From Octopus sinensis (taxonomy: Eukaryota): a stretch of 64,000 nt of DNA. Location of the stretch: positions 62,001 to 126,000 of the forward strand of contig NW_021835991.1 in NCBI RefSeq assembly GCF_006345805.1, written 5' to 3'. A program made the position numbers and the translations under genes. Positions within the stretch are counted from its first letter, which is position 1, and every line of letters begins with the position of its first letter. The notes below the pieces were generated by a model. That model made no database searches. It was not told where the DNA came from and saw nothing but the letters and a program-made list of their open reading frames with translations. Positions 50,780-62,321 of this stretch are shown here, one piece after another.

Positions 50780-53562
50780 CAAACTCTTCAAAGAGATCGG
50801 TCCCTTAGGAACATGAATCAATAAAGAGGTTAAATATGATGAGATAATGAAGGTGATTCGACCTCTTCACGAGATCGGTCCCTTAGGAACATGAAATCAA
50901 TAAAGAGCTTAAAAAAGATATTCATGAGATAATGAAGGTGATTTGACCTCATGATGAGGTCCCCCAAAACCTTCAAGCCAAAAATTAAAAAAAATTATTT
51001 TCTGCGTTTTTGTTAAAATGAACAACAAGAAAGTCCTCGACTCACATGATGAGGTCCCCCAAAACCTTCAAGCCAAAAAATTAAAAAAAATTATTTTCAG
51101 GTGATTCGACCTCTTCACGAGATCGGTCCCTTAGGAACATTAAATCAATAAAGAGCTTAAATAGGATATTCATGAGATAATGAAGGTGATTCGACCTCTT
51201 CACGAGATCGGTCCCTTAGGAACATTAAATCAATAAAAAGCTTAAATAGGATATTCATGAGATAATGAAGGTGATTCGACCTCTTCACGAGATCGGTCCC
51301 TTAGGAACATTAAATCAATAAAGAGCTTAAATAGGATATTTCATGAGATAATGAAGGTGATTCGACCTCTTCACGAGATCGGTCCCTTAGGAACATTAAA
51401 TCAATAAAGAGCTTAAATAGGATATTTCATGAGATAATGAAGGTGATTCGACCTCATGATGAGGTCCCCCAAAACCTTCAAGTCAAAAAATTAAAAAAAA
51501 TTTATTTTCTGCGTTTTTGTTAAAATGAACACAAGAAAGTCCTCGACTCACATGATGAGGTCCCCCAAAACCTTCAAGCCAAAAATTAAAAAAAATTATT
51601 TTCAGGTGATTCGACCTTTCCACGAGATTGGTCCCTTAGGAACATTAAATCAATAAAAGCTTAAATAGGATATTCATGAGATAATGAAGGTGATTCGACC
51701 TTTCCACGAGATCGGTCCCTTAGGAACATTAAATCAATAAAGAGCTTAAATAGGATATTCATGAGATAATGAAGGTGATTCGACCTCTTCACGAGATCGG
51801 TCCCTTAGGAACATTAAATCAATAAAGAGCTTAAATAGGATATTTCATGAGATAATGAAGGTGATTCGACCTCTTCACGTGATCGGTCCCTTAGGAACAT
51901 TAATCAATAAAGAGCTTAAATAGGATATTTCATGAGATAATGAAGGTGATTCGACCTCATGATGAGGTCCCCCAAAACCTTCAAGTCAAAAAATTAAAAA
52001 AATTTATTTTCTGCGTTTTTGTTAAAATGAACAACAAGAAAGTCCTCGACTCACATGATGAGGTCCCCCAAAACCTTCAAGCCAAAAAATTAAAAAAAAT
52101 TATTTTCAGGTGATTCGACCTTTCCACGAGATTGGTCCCTTAGGAACATTAAATCAATAAAAGCTTAAATAGGATATTCATGAGATAATGAAGGTGATTC
52201 GACCTTTCCACGAGATCGGTCCCTTAGGAACATTAAATCAATAAAGAGCTTAAATAGGATATTTCATGAGATAATGAAGGTGATTCGACCTCTTCACGAG
52301 ATCGGTCCCTTAGGAACATTAAATCAATAAAGAGCTTAAATAGGATATTTCATGAGATAATGAAGGTGATTCGACCTCTTCACGAGATCGGTCCCTTAGG
52401 AACATTAAATCAATAAAGAGCTTAAATAGGATATTTCATGAGATAATGAAGGTGATTCGACCTCATGATGAGGTCCCCCAAAACCTTCAAGTCAAAAAAT
52501 TAAAAAAATTTATTTTCTGCGTTTTTGTTAAAATGAACAACAAGAAAGTCCTCGACTCACATGATGAGGTCCCCCAAAACCTTCAAGCCAAAAAATTAAA
52601 AAAAATTATTTTCAGGTGATTCGACCTTTCCACGAGATTGGTCCCTTAGGAACATTAAATCAATAAAAAGCTTAAATAGGATATTCATGAGATAATGAAG
52701 GTGATTCGACCTTTCCACGAGATCGGTCCCTTAGGAACATTAAATCAATAAAGAGCTTAAATAGGATATTCATGAGATAATGAAGGTGATTCGACCTCTT
52801 CACGAGATCGGTCCCTTAGGAACATTAAATCAATAAAGAGCTTAAATAGGATATTTCATGAGATAATGAAGGTGATTCGACCTCATGATGAGGTCCCCCA
52901 AAACCTTCAAGTCAAAAAATTAAAAAAAATTTATTTTCTGCGTTTTTGTTAAAATGAACAACAAGAAAGTCCTCGACTCACATGATGAGGTCCCCCAAAA
53001 CCTTCAAGCCAAAAAATTAAAAAAAATTATTTTCAGGTGATTCGACCTCTTCACGAGATCGGTCCCTTAGGAACATTAAATCAATAAAGAGCTTAAATAG
53101 GATATTCATGAGATAATGAAGGTGATTCGACCTCTTCACGAGATCGGTCCCTTAGGAACATGAAATCAATAAAGAGCTTAAAAAAGATATTCATGAGATA
53201 ATGAAGGTGATTTGACCTCATGATGAGGTCCCCCAAAACCTTCAAGCCAAAAAATTAAAAAAATTATTTTCAGGTGATTCGACCTTTCCACGAGATTGGT
53301 CCCTTAGGAACATTAAATCAATAAAAAGCTTAAATAGGATATTCATGAGATAATGAAGGTGATTCGACCTTTCCACGAGATCGGTCCCTTAGGAACATTA
53401 AATCAATAAAGAGCTTAAATAGGATATTCATGAGATAATGAAGGTGATTCGACCTCTTCACGAGATCGGTCCCTTAGGAACATTAAATCAATAAAGAGCT
53501 TAAATAGGATATTCATGAGATAATGAAGGTGATTCGACCTCTTCACGAGATCGGTCCCTTAG
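50780..53562. repeat. Higher-order satellite array 2 (5 long B blocks, 1 short B)
   Basis: Same monomers as array 1. Confidence 0.97.
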
Positions 53563-54349
53563 AAAATTATAATTTTTAAAAAGTCAAAAAAGATACTCAT
53601 AATAATAATAATGTAAATGATTCGACCTTTTCGTTAGATCGGTTCCCTTAAGAAATCAAAATTTAAAAAAGGAAATTCGTGATTGATTTTTAATGTTTTA
53701 AATTAGGAAGTTTTCACCGAACCTAATCTTTCCAAAATTAGAAAGTTTCACGTATAAATATCAATCTGAAATAAAATCCTACTTCCAGGCTAACTATTTT
53801 CATTGCTATCTGTGCGCGCATGCAAAATTAAGTAATGGTAATTAGTTAACAATTGTGCAAATTTGAATTTTCAACATTACTCATTATAGATATCCACAAA
53901 AATAAATACCTCTCCCCCTTAACAGAACTTCAAACGATCAAAAATTTAACAATAACTAACGTTTTTGTCAATAAATTACTTTTTAACAATATTTCATTAT
54001 TGAGGATGCTATCAGAGGATTAACTCTATTTCCCTTGAGATATAGAAGATATTAGTTGTTAATTATAGATTGTTTCATTTGTAAGATGTTTAAATCAAAA
54101 GTGTTTGTAGAATCTGCCAACAACATCGCAAGTCGAAACTACAGTCACCAAATTCACTTTGAAATTGTTAATTAATCTTAATAAATTAAATGGATATACG
54201 GTCGTATTTATGTGAATTCTCAATCATCTATATAATTATGAAATAAATCTATATAATAAAACACTAAGTTGTGTGTCTGTCTGTCTGTCTGTCCGTGTAC
54301 ACTTATATATCTAAAAAAGGAAATGTGTAAGATAAAGAAGATGAATTCA

Positions 54350-56546
54350 AACTCTTCAAAGAGATCGGTCCCTTAGGAACATGAAATCAATAAAGAGGTT
54401 AAATATGATGAGATAATGAAGGTGATTCGACCTCTTCACGAGATCGGTCCCTTAGGAACATGAAATCAATAAAGAGCTTAAAAAAGATATTCATGAGATA
54501 ATGAAGGTGATTTGACCTCATGATGAGGTCCCCCAAAACCTTCAAGCCAAAAAATTAAAAAAAATTATTTTCTGCGTTTTTGTTAAAATGAACAACAAGA
54601 AAGTCCTCGACTCACATGATGAGGTCCCCCAAAACCTTCAAGCCAAAAAATTAAAAAAAATTATTTTCAGGTGATTCGACCTCTTCACGAGATCGGTCCC
54701 TTAGGAACATTAAATCAATAAAGAGCTTAAATAGGATATTCATGAGATAATGAAGGTGATTCGACCTCTTCACGAGATCGGTCCCTTAGGAACATTAAAT
54801 CAATAAAGAGCTTAAATAGGATATTCATGAGATAATGAAGGTGATTCGACCTCTTCACGAGATCGGTCCCTTAGGAACATTAAATCAATAAAAAGCTTAA
54901 ATAGGATATTTCATGAGATAATGAAGGTGATTCGACCTCTTCACGAGATCGGTCCCTTAGGAACATTAAATCAATAAAGAGCTTAAATAGGATATTTCAT
55001 GAGATAATGAAGGTGATTCGACCTCATGATGAGGTCCCCCAAAACCTTCAAGTCAAAAAATTAAAAAAAATTTATTTTCTGCGTTTTTGTTAAAATGAAC
55101 AACAAGAAAGTCCTCGACTCACATGATGAGGTCCCCCAAAACCTTCAAGCCAAAAAATTAAAAAAAATTATTTTCAGGTGATTCGACCTTTCCACGAGAT
55201 CGGTCCCTTAGGAACATGAAATCAATAAAGAGCTTAAAAAGATATTCATGAGATAATGAAGGTGATTCGACCTCTTCACGAGATCGGTCCCTTAGGAACA
55301 TTAAATCAATAAAGAGCTTAAATAGGATATTTCATGAGATAATGAAGGTGATTCGACCTCTTCACGAGATCGGTCCCTTAGGAACATTAAATCAATAAAG
55401 AGCTTAAATAGGATATTTCATGAGATAATGAAGGTGATTCGACCTCATGATGAGGTCCCCCAAAACCTTCAAGTCAAAAAATTAAAAAAAATTTATTTTC
55501 TGCGTTTTTGTTAAAATGAACAACAAGAAAGTCCTCGACTCACATGATGAGGTCCCCCAAAACCTTCAAGCCAAAAAATTAAAAAAAATTATTTTCAGGT
55601 GATTCGACCTTTCCACGAGATTGGTCCCTTAGGAACATTAAATCAATAAAAAGCTTAAATAGGATATTCATGAGATAATGAAGGTGATTCGACCTTTCCA
55701 CGAGATCGGTCCCTTAGGAACATTAAATCAATAAAGAGCTTAAATAGGATATTCATGAGATAATGAAGGTGATTCGACCTCTTCACGAGATCGGTCCCTT
55801 AGGAACATTAAATCAATAAAGAGCTTAAATAGGATATTTCATGAGATAATGAAGGTGATTCGACCTCATGATGAGGTCCCCCAAAACCTTCAAGTCAAAA
55901 AATTAAAAAAAATTTATTTTCTGCGTTTTTGTTAAAATGAACAACAAGAAAGTCCTCGACTCACATGATGAGGTCCCCCAAAACCTTCAAGCCAAAAAAT
56001 TAAAAAAAATTATTTTCAGGTGATTCGACCTCTTCACGAGATCGGTCCCTTAGGAACATTAAATCAATAAAGAGCTTAAATAGGATATTCATGAGATAAT
56101 GAAGGTGATTCGACCTCTTCACGAGATCGGTCCCTTAGGAACATGAAATCAATAAAGAGCTTAAAAAAGATATTCATGAGATAATGAAGGTGATTTGACC
56201 TCATGATGAGGTCCCCCAAAACCTTCAAGCCAAAAAATTAAAAAAAATTATTTTCAGGTGATTCGACCTTTCCACGAGATTGGTCCCTTAGGAACATTAA
56301 ATCAATAAAAAGCTTAAATAGGATATTCATGAGATAATGAAGGTGATTCGACCTTTCCACGAGATCGGTCCCTTAGGAACATTAAATCAATAAAGAGCTT
56401 AAATAGGATATTCATGAGATAATGAAGGTGATTCGACCTCTTCACGAGATCGGTCCCTTAGGAACATTAAATCAATAAAGAGCTTAAATTGGATATTCAT
56501 GAGATAATGAAGGTGATTCGACCTCTTCACGAGATCGGTCCCTTAG
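54350..56546. repeat. Higher-order satellite array 3 (4 long B blocks, 1 short B)
   Basis: Same monomers as array 1. Confidence 0.97.
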
Positions 56547-57452
56547 AAAATTATAATTTTTAAAAAGTCAAAAAAGATACTCATAATAATAATAATGTAA
56601 ATGATTCGACCTTTTCGTTAGATCGGTTCCCTTAAGAAATCAAAATTTAAAAAAGGAAATTCGTGATTGATTTTTAATGTTTTAAATTAGGAAGTTATTC
56701 ACCGAACCTAATCTTTCCAAAATTAGAAAGTTTCACGTATAAATATCAATCTGAAATAAAATCCTACTTCCAGGCTAACTATTTTCATTGCTATCTGTGC
56801 GCGCATGCAAAATTAAGTAATGGTAATTAGTTAACAATTGTGCAAATTTGAATTTTCAACATTACTCATTATAGATATCCACAAAAATAAATACCTCTCC
56901 CCCTTAACAGAACTTCAAACGATCAAAAATTTAACAATAACTAACGTTTTTGTCAATAAATTACTTTTTAACAATATTTCATTATTGAGGATGCTATCAG
57001 AGGATTAACTCTATTTCCCTTGAGATATAGAAGATATTAGTTGTTAATTATAGATTGTTTCATTTGTAAGATGTTTAAATCAAAAGTGTTTGTAGAATCT
57101 GCCAACAACATCGCAAGTCGAAACTACAGTCACCAAATTCACTTTGAAATTGTTAATTAATCTTAATAAATTAAATGGATATACGGTCGTATTTATGTGA
57201 ATTCTCAATCATCTATATAATTATGAAATAAATAGATTATAAATTTGAAGTAGATAGTTTCAATTAAGGTTTTTCCAGGTTTAGAATTAAAAACTTCCAA
57301 TTTTAGAAAATTTGATAAATATCTAAATTAAGATGTTTCCATTTTAGGAAATTTTATTTGTATTAATATAAAAAGATCCGTAAAAATAGTATAATATAGT
57401 TTGTTACATAGAAAATAAACATTTCAATAGCAATAGTATAATATAGATAAGA

Positions 57453-59878
57453 ATGTCTGAATTGAGAAAGCACAATAAATTCAGAAATACAAAAACAAAA
57501 GACAAGAAATCGGAAGAAAGAGAGTTTGGGGGGAGAGGAATAATCAAAAAAAAATTGGTATCTAATAGTGAGGATTTGGAAATTATAAATGAGCATAAAA
57601 TAACTAATACTAGCTTACTAAATTTTGCAATATGCGCTAATAGTATGGAATTAGAAAGCTTGCACCAAAGCCATAAAAACAAATATCAAAAAATTTCTGA
57701 GAACAGGAATGAAAATAGTGATTTAACAAAAATTGATAAAGTAAATCACAACTTGACAAAGGTAATAAAAATTTTAATCTATTTTAATAGATATTTGAAC
57801 AAAGAAAAGAAATAAACAAAAGACAAATGCAGAAAAAAAGGAAAAACGAATCTATACAAACAAAAATTATTCGAAAAGAAAACAACAGACAAAGGAAGAC
57901 GATTGCAAGAAGTCAAGAAACAGAAGAAAGAAAAATTAACAGAAAAGAAAACGACAGACAAAGGAGGACGATTGCAAGAAGTCAAGAAACAGAAGAAAGA
58001 AAAATTAACAGAAAAGAAAACGACAGACAAAGGAGGACGATTGCAAGAAGTCAAGAAACAGAAGAAAGAAAAATTAACAGAAAAGAAAACGACAGACAAA
58101 GGAGGACGATTGCAAGAAGTCAAGAAACAGAAGAAAGAAAAATTAACAGAAAAGAAAACGACAGACAAAGGAGGACGATTGCAAGAAGTCAAGAAACAGA
58201 AGAAAGAAAAATTAACAGAAAAGAAACAAACAGAATAAGAAACGTTACAATGAGAAGCCAAAAAAATCAAGAAGATCGTTATAAAGAATATCAAGAAATT
58301 ATATCACGGAGGAATACGAAATTATATAATTCTAAATTATTGGGAAATCTAGGATTTAATTATAATGCAGTTAATGATTTTAAATATTTGGGGAATATCG
58401 GCACTATGTCCGATATATGTAAATTTTGTTCGGCCCTAAAATTTAAAGGGGAAACAGCAGGCATGTGTTGCAATCTTGGTAAGGTAAATTTGCCTTCCTT
58501 ATCGATTCCACCAAAACCACTATTGACGCTATTAAGAAATGAATCGCCGATCTCTAAGCATTTTCTTGAAAATATTCGAAAGTATAATAATTGTTTTCAG
58601 ATGACATCGTTTGGAACAACAGGTAATTTTATTTATACGGGTTATATGCCCACATATAAGGTTCTTGGTCAAGTTTATCATAGGATGGGGTCACTACTCC
58701 CAAATGCAGGTGAGCAACATAGCTTTTTACAAATATATTTTTTGGAAAATTTTGAGGATCAGTCAACAAGAAGATTAGAAACAGAACCAAAATTACGTCA
58801 ATCTATAATTAACATGTTACAAAACATGTTACAAGAACATAATTCATATATTTTATCTTTTAGGACTGTTATGCGGACTACAAGAGAAAAGGACTATAAA
58901 GTAATTATTCATGCAGATAGGACACCTACGGGAGCACATGAAGGACGGTACAACATACCAAGTTCTAATCAGGTTGGGGTTTTGATAGTAGGGCAACAAT
59001 ATGATAAACGAGATATTATCGTTAATCATAAAGACAGTGGACTACGAAGAATTTCAGAAACACATCGTTCATATGATGCTCTACAGTACCCTCTGATATT
59101 TTCAAGAGGGGCAGATGGATATAATTTTAAGGTTATGCAGCAAAATCCACTGACAGGACAAAATACAAATAAAAAAATTAGCTGTATGGCATTTTACTCC
59201 TATAGATTCATGCTAAGAAAAGAAGAATTTAATACTATTCATCGAACAGGACAATTGTTTAATCAATATTTAGTTGACATGTATGCGAAGATTGAATCTG
59301 AGAGACTATTATACTTTCGTTTAAATCAACGAAAACTTAGAGCAGAAGAATATATACATCTCAGAGATGCGATTATTAATGATGGTAATGTTTCTGATGT
59401 AGGTCAAATGATCATATTACCCTCATCATTTACAGGAGGACCAAGATATATGCATGAACGAACACAAGATGCAATGACATACGTAAGAAATTACGGTACT
59501 CCAGATTTATTCATTACGATTACGTGTAATCCTAAATGGCCAGAAATTATTGATAACTTATTCATAGGTCAAAAGTCCGAGAATAGACATGATATAATTG
59601 CAAGAGTTTTTAGACAGAAAATTATTAAACTGATGGACCTAATAACGAAGAGTCATATATATGGGAAGACACGATGCCATATGTATACAGTTGAATGGCA
59701 GAAAAGAGGACTTCCACATTCACACATTTTGATATGGTTAGTTAACAAAATTAGGCCCACTGAAATAGACGACTGCATATCCGCTGAAATTCCAAATCCA
59801 GAAGAGGATCTGGAATTATATGAGACCATCAGGAAAAATATGATACATGGTCCATGTGGAATTCTTAATAGTATCTAA
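57453..59878 (+). CDS. Helitron Rep protein, C-terminally truncated (about 798 aa, one 29-nt intron)
   Basis: Exon 57453-57761 joins in frame via intron 57762-57790 to the 683-aa ORF. Contains C-x2-C...CC zinc finger, IRKYNNCFQMTSFG, LPSSFTGGPRYM, PDLFITITCNPKWPEI and EWQKRGLPHSH. Stops after HGPCG; no helicase. Confidence 0.92.
57885..58229 (+). repeat. Five 69-bp (23-aa) STPR-like coding repeats in Rep
   Basis: ETEERKINRKENDRQRRTIARSQ repeated with a 69-bp period. Confidence 0.9.
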
Positions 59879-59905
59879 ATAAATTTATAGTTATTTAAGG
59901 AAACT

Positions 59906-59972
59906 GCGAGCGTAGCGAGCAGGGCCTCCGCAGGAGCTAGCTCGCAGTGAGCAAAGCGAACTGCTGAGCTAG
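59906..59972 (+). terminator. Helitron 3' terminal hairpins with two CTAG ends
   Basis: CTCC-GCA-GGAG then CTAG (59937-59940); GCAGT...ACTGC then CTAG (59969-59972). Confidence 0.75.
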
Positions 59973-61889
59973 TTGTAAATAAATTGACAATATCGAATAT
60001 GATAAAAATCAACGTGGATATTTACGAACACATCAAAAAAGTAAATAAAATAATATAAAAATCAAGGACAATAGAACATTTGAATAAATATGAAAAGCAA
60101 AATATAAATTAGTAATTTCAAAATTAAAAATTTCGAAACTAATAATGATATTTATCAAATGAATATCGTTTAGGAAATATAATACAAATATACAAAAAAT
60201 AACGACTATTTTGTTTTATTATTAACACATATAGCGTGGCTTGTGCATTTTCTTTTATATTAAAATAAAAGTCCTAATTTGTAAATTAAGGATTCCTAAA
60301 AGACTATTTAGGAAATACTTAGTACCTAGGAAATATGAAAATACTTAGGAAATGGGAATAGGAAATAGTGAATATAACATTGATTCAGATATTAATAGTG
60401 AATAAGATTAATAATGTTGAATATTCGCAAAAAACTAGCTTTATTGCACCATTCGTAATAAAAATTGATTATGAGGTAGAAAATATCAACTCAATAACAG
60501 AAAGAGTAATTGAAAATTATATAGTTATAAGTACTATCAAGAATATTGAAAAAAATGCGCAATCTTTACTGATTCTTAAAGAGTAAATAAAGTTAAAAAA
60601 AATAATAAGTACAGCAACCAAATCCTAGAGAATGCTATTTTTGCATCATTGCTAAATGTGTTTTATTATTCTTGTTACTTTATAGGTGCAAGGTCAGGAA
60701 CACAGATCTTTAACAGATTTTGTGTTACTTATACAGATTTTTCGTGACATTGATGGAAATTTTTTTGTTCAAATTTTTCAATTGTTATCGGCCATTATGA
60801 GAAATTTGCTGTTGATACACATTGTAATACGGTCAGCATCTATAAAGAAAAGGAATTTTAGATCTTTTTATATTTAGATAACATGGAATTGGTTAAAGGT
60901 ACGAAGATGTTCTTCCCAAATGCGTATATTAATTGGTCAATTAAGCTACAAAGCCATTTATGGAAGCAAATATTTCTCTTTATAAGATAAGGAAATATTA
61001 TCTTAATTCCTCTCTAAAATTAGGTATAGAAAGAGAGTGCTAGATTTTGTGCTTAGAGTTGTTCAGGGATTTATAATCGGCATTTTCTTGATTAGAATAG
61101 AACAAGAGTTGTACATAGATGTTTTAAAATACCGAGAGAAAAGGCAATTAAAATATTGGAATCTTTATTGTGATTTGGTTTTAATTCAAATTTACTTTAA
61201 TGTCTACACTATTCAAGCTATTCTGGATTTCAGATTGGCCAAGAACTAGTGTGAAGATACAATTTCTTAGACAAAACGACATGTTCTAACATGCTATTCA
61301 TATTTAGTTAGCTAAGTTAGTTATTAAATATTCTAAGACAACTGGCATTCTTTACAGGGTTTTACTTATCACAGCACGATAAATGTACGCCAAGTTAATA
61401 ATTTACTTTGAGTTTTTGGATGGTGCTTATGAAAGTTACTTACAATAACATTCCAAGTTAGCACCAAAAATAACAATTAACATTTAAATAGAGAAATTTT
61501 ATTAGATATTAAATTGAAAATCCAAAAAATGTAAGGATCTGCCAACAACCGTGAACCAAATTGTGCATTCACGTATCTCACTAGGAAATAAACAAATATT
61601 TGAGATAGGAAAAACCTTATATTTTTATTTTATTATTAATTGATTATTTTTTGAGGCCTACCTAAATAAACTTTTGGTACGTTTATACACGTTTTTGTTC
61701 TTATTGTTTGTGGTGTTTTCTTACTAATTTTATTTTTATTTTGAATTTGATTTTGAAGGAATAAACTAGCTTTATTGCACCATTCGTAATAAAAATTGAT
61801 TATGAGGTAGAAAATATCAACTCAATAACAGAAAGAGTTGAAAATTATATAGTTATAAGTACTATCAAAAACGTAATCAAAAAAATAAG

Positions 61890-62321
61890 ATGTCTATTTA
61901 TAATTTGGGAAAAATTTTAGTTGTTATGGTTTTGTGCATGTCCGTTCCTAATGATATGAGGAAATCGATTCCTAGGGGCCTTTCTGCGAAATTGAAGGAT
62001 AGAAGTAGCATAATAGGTGCAGGAGTGTCGTATCTGGAATTGGATAACAACACAAGGACTAGTATTTATGACAATCCAATTGCTGGGAATACTACTATCC
62101 CAACTAACTTGCATTCCCTTTCGCCCATTATCGATGATGCTATTTGTGTTTCTGAAGCTGAGTGGGTGTCTCAGATTGTTTATGCCACGAAGCAAAGAAT
62201 TGGGAGGATACCAAGAGGTGGATGGAATCTTATCCGTGAGAAGTTTAATTCAAAATTCTCGAATAGTGAGAGAATAAACGAGATTTATCACCAAGTGGTG
62301 TGTATTCATTTTTTGAGATAA
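61890..62321 (+). CDS. Unidentified ORF (PTNLHSL family), copy B
   Basis: 143-aa ORF with a hydrophobic N-terminus; homologous to 45271-45594 and 9050-9450. Confidence 0.45.
   Translation: MSIYNLGKILVVMVLCMSVPNDMRKSIPRGLSAKLKDRSSIIGAGVSYLELDNNTRTSIYDNPIAGNTTIPTNLHSLSPIIDDAICVSEAEWVSQIVYATKQRIGRIPRGGWNLIREKFNSKFSNSERINEIYHQVVCIHFLR

Larger units (their letters stand above)
46703..59972 (+). mobile_element. Non-autonomous Helitron, 13.27 kb, with triplicated 5' module
   Basis: 5' module TCTATATAATAAAACAC...(CTGT)n at 50680 and 54248, and a 5-nt-truncated version at 46703. Rep-domain gene; GC-rich hairpins and CTAG|T at 59969-59973; A|T insertion site confirmed by the empty copy at 63323/63324. 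Confidence 0.92.

Noticed and set aside
46790-56546. CRISPR array
   Set aside because: The sequence between repeats is itself repeated, so there are no unique spacers; no cas genes; eukaryotic context.
57779-58294. Hydrophobic repeat protein on the minus strand, and the 57903-58238 alternative frame
   Set aside because: Shadows of the 69-bp coding repeats of Helitron Rep.
62170-62277. RT-thumb motif RLFMPRSKELGG
   Set aside because: It resembles RLYLPR.ELG, but the overlapping frame is the one conserved with the 9-kb paralogue, so it is probably coincidental.
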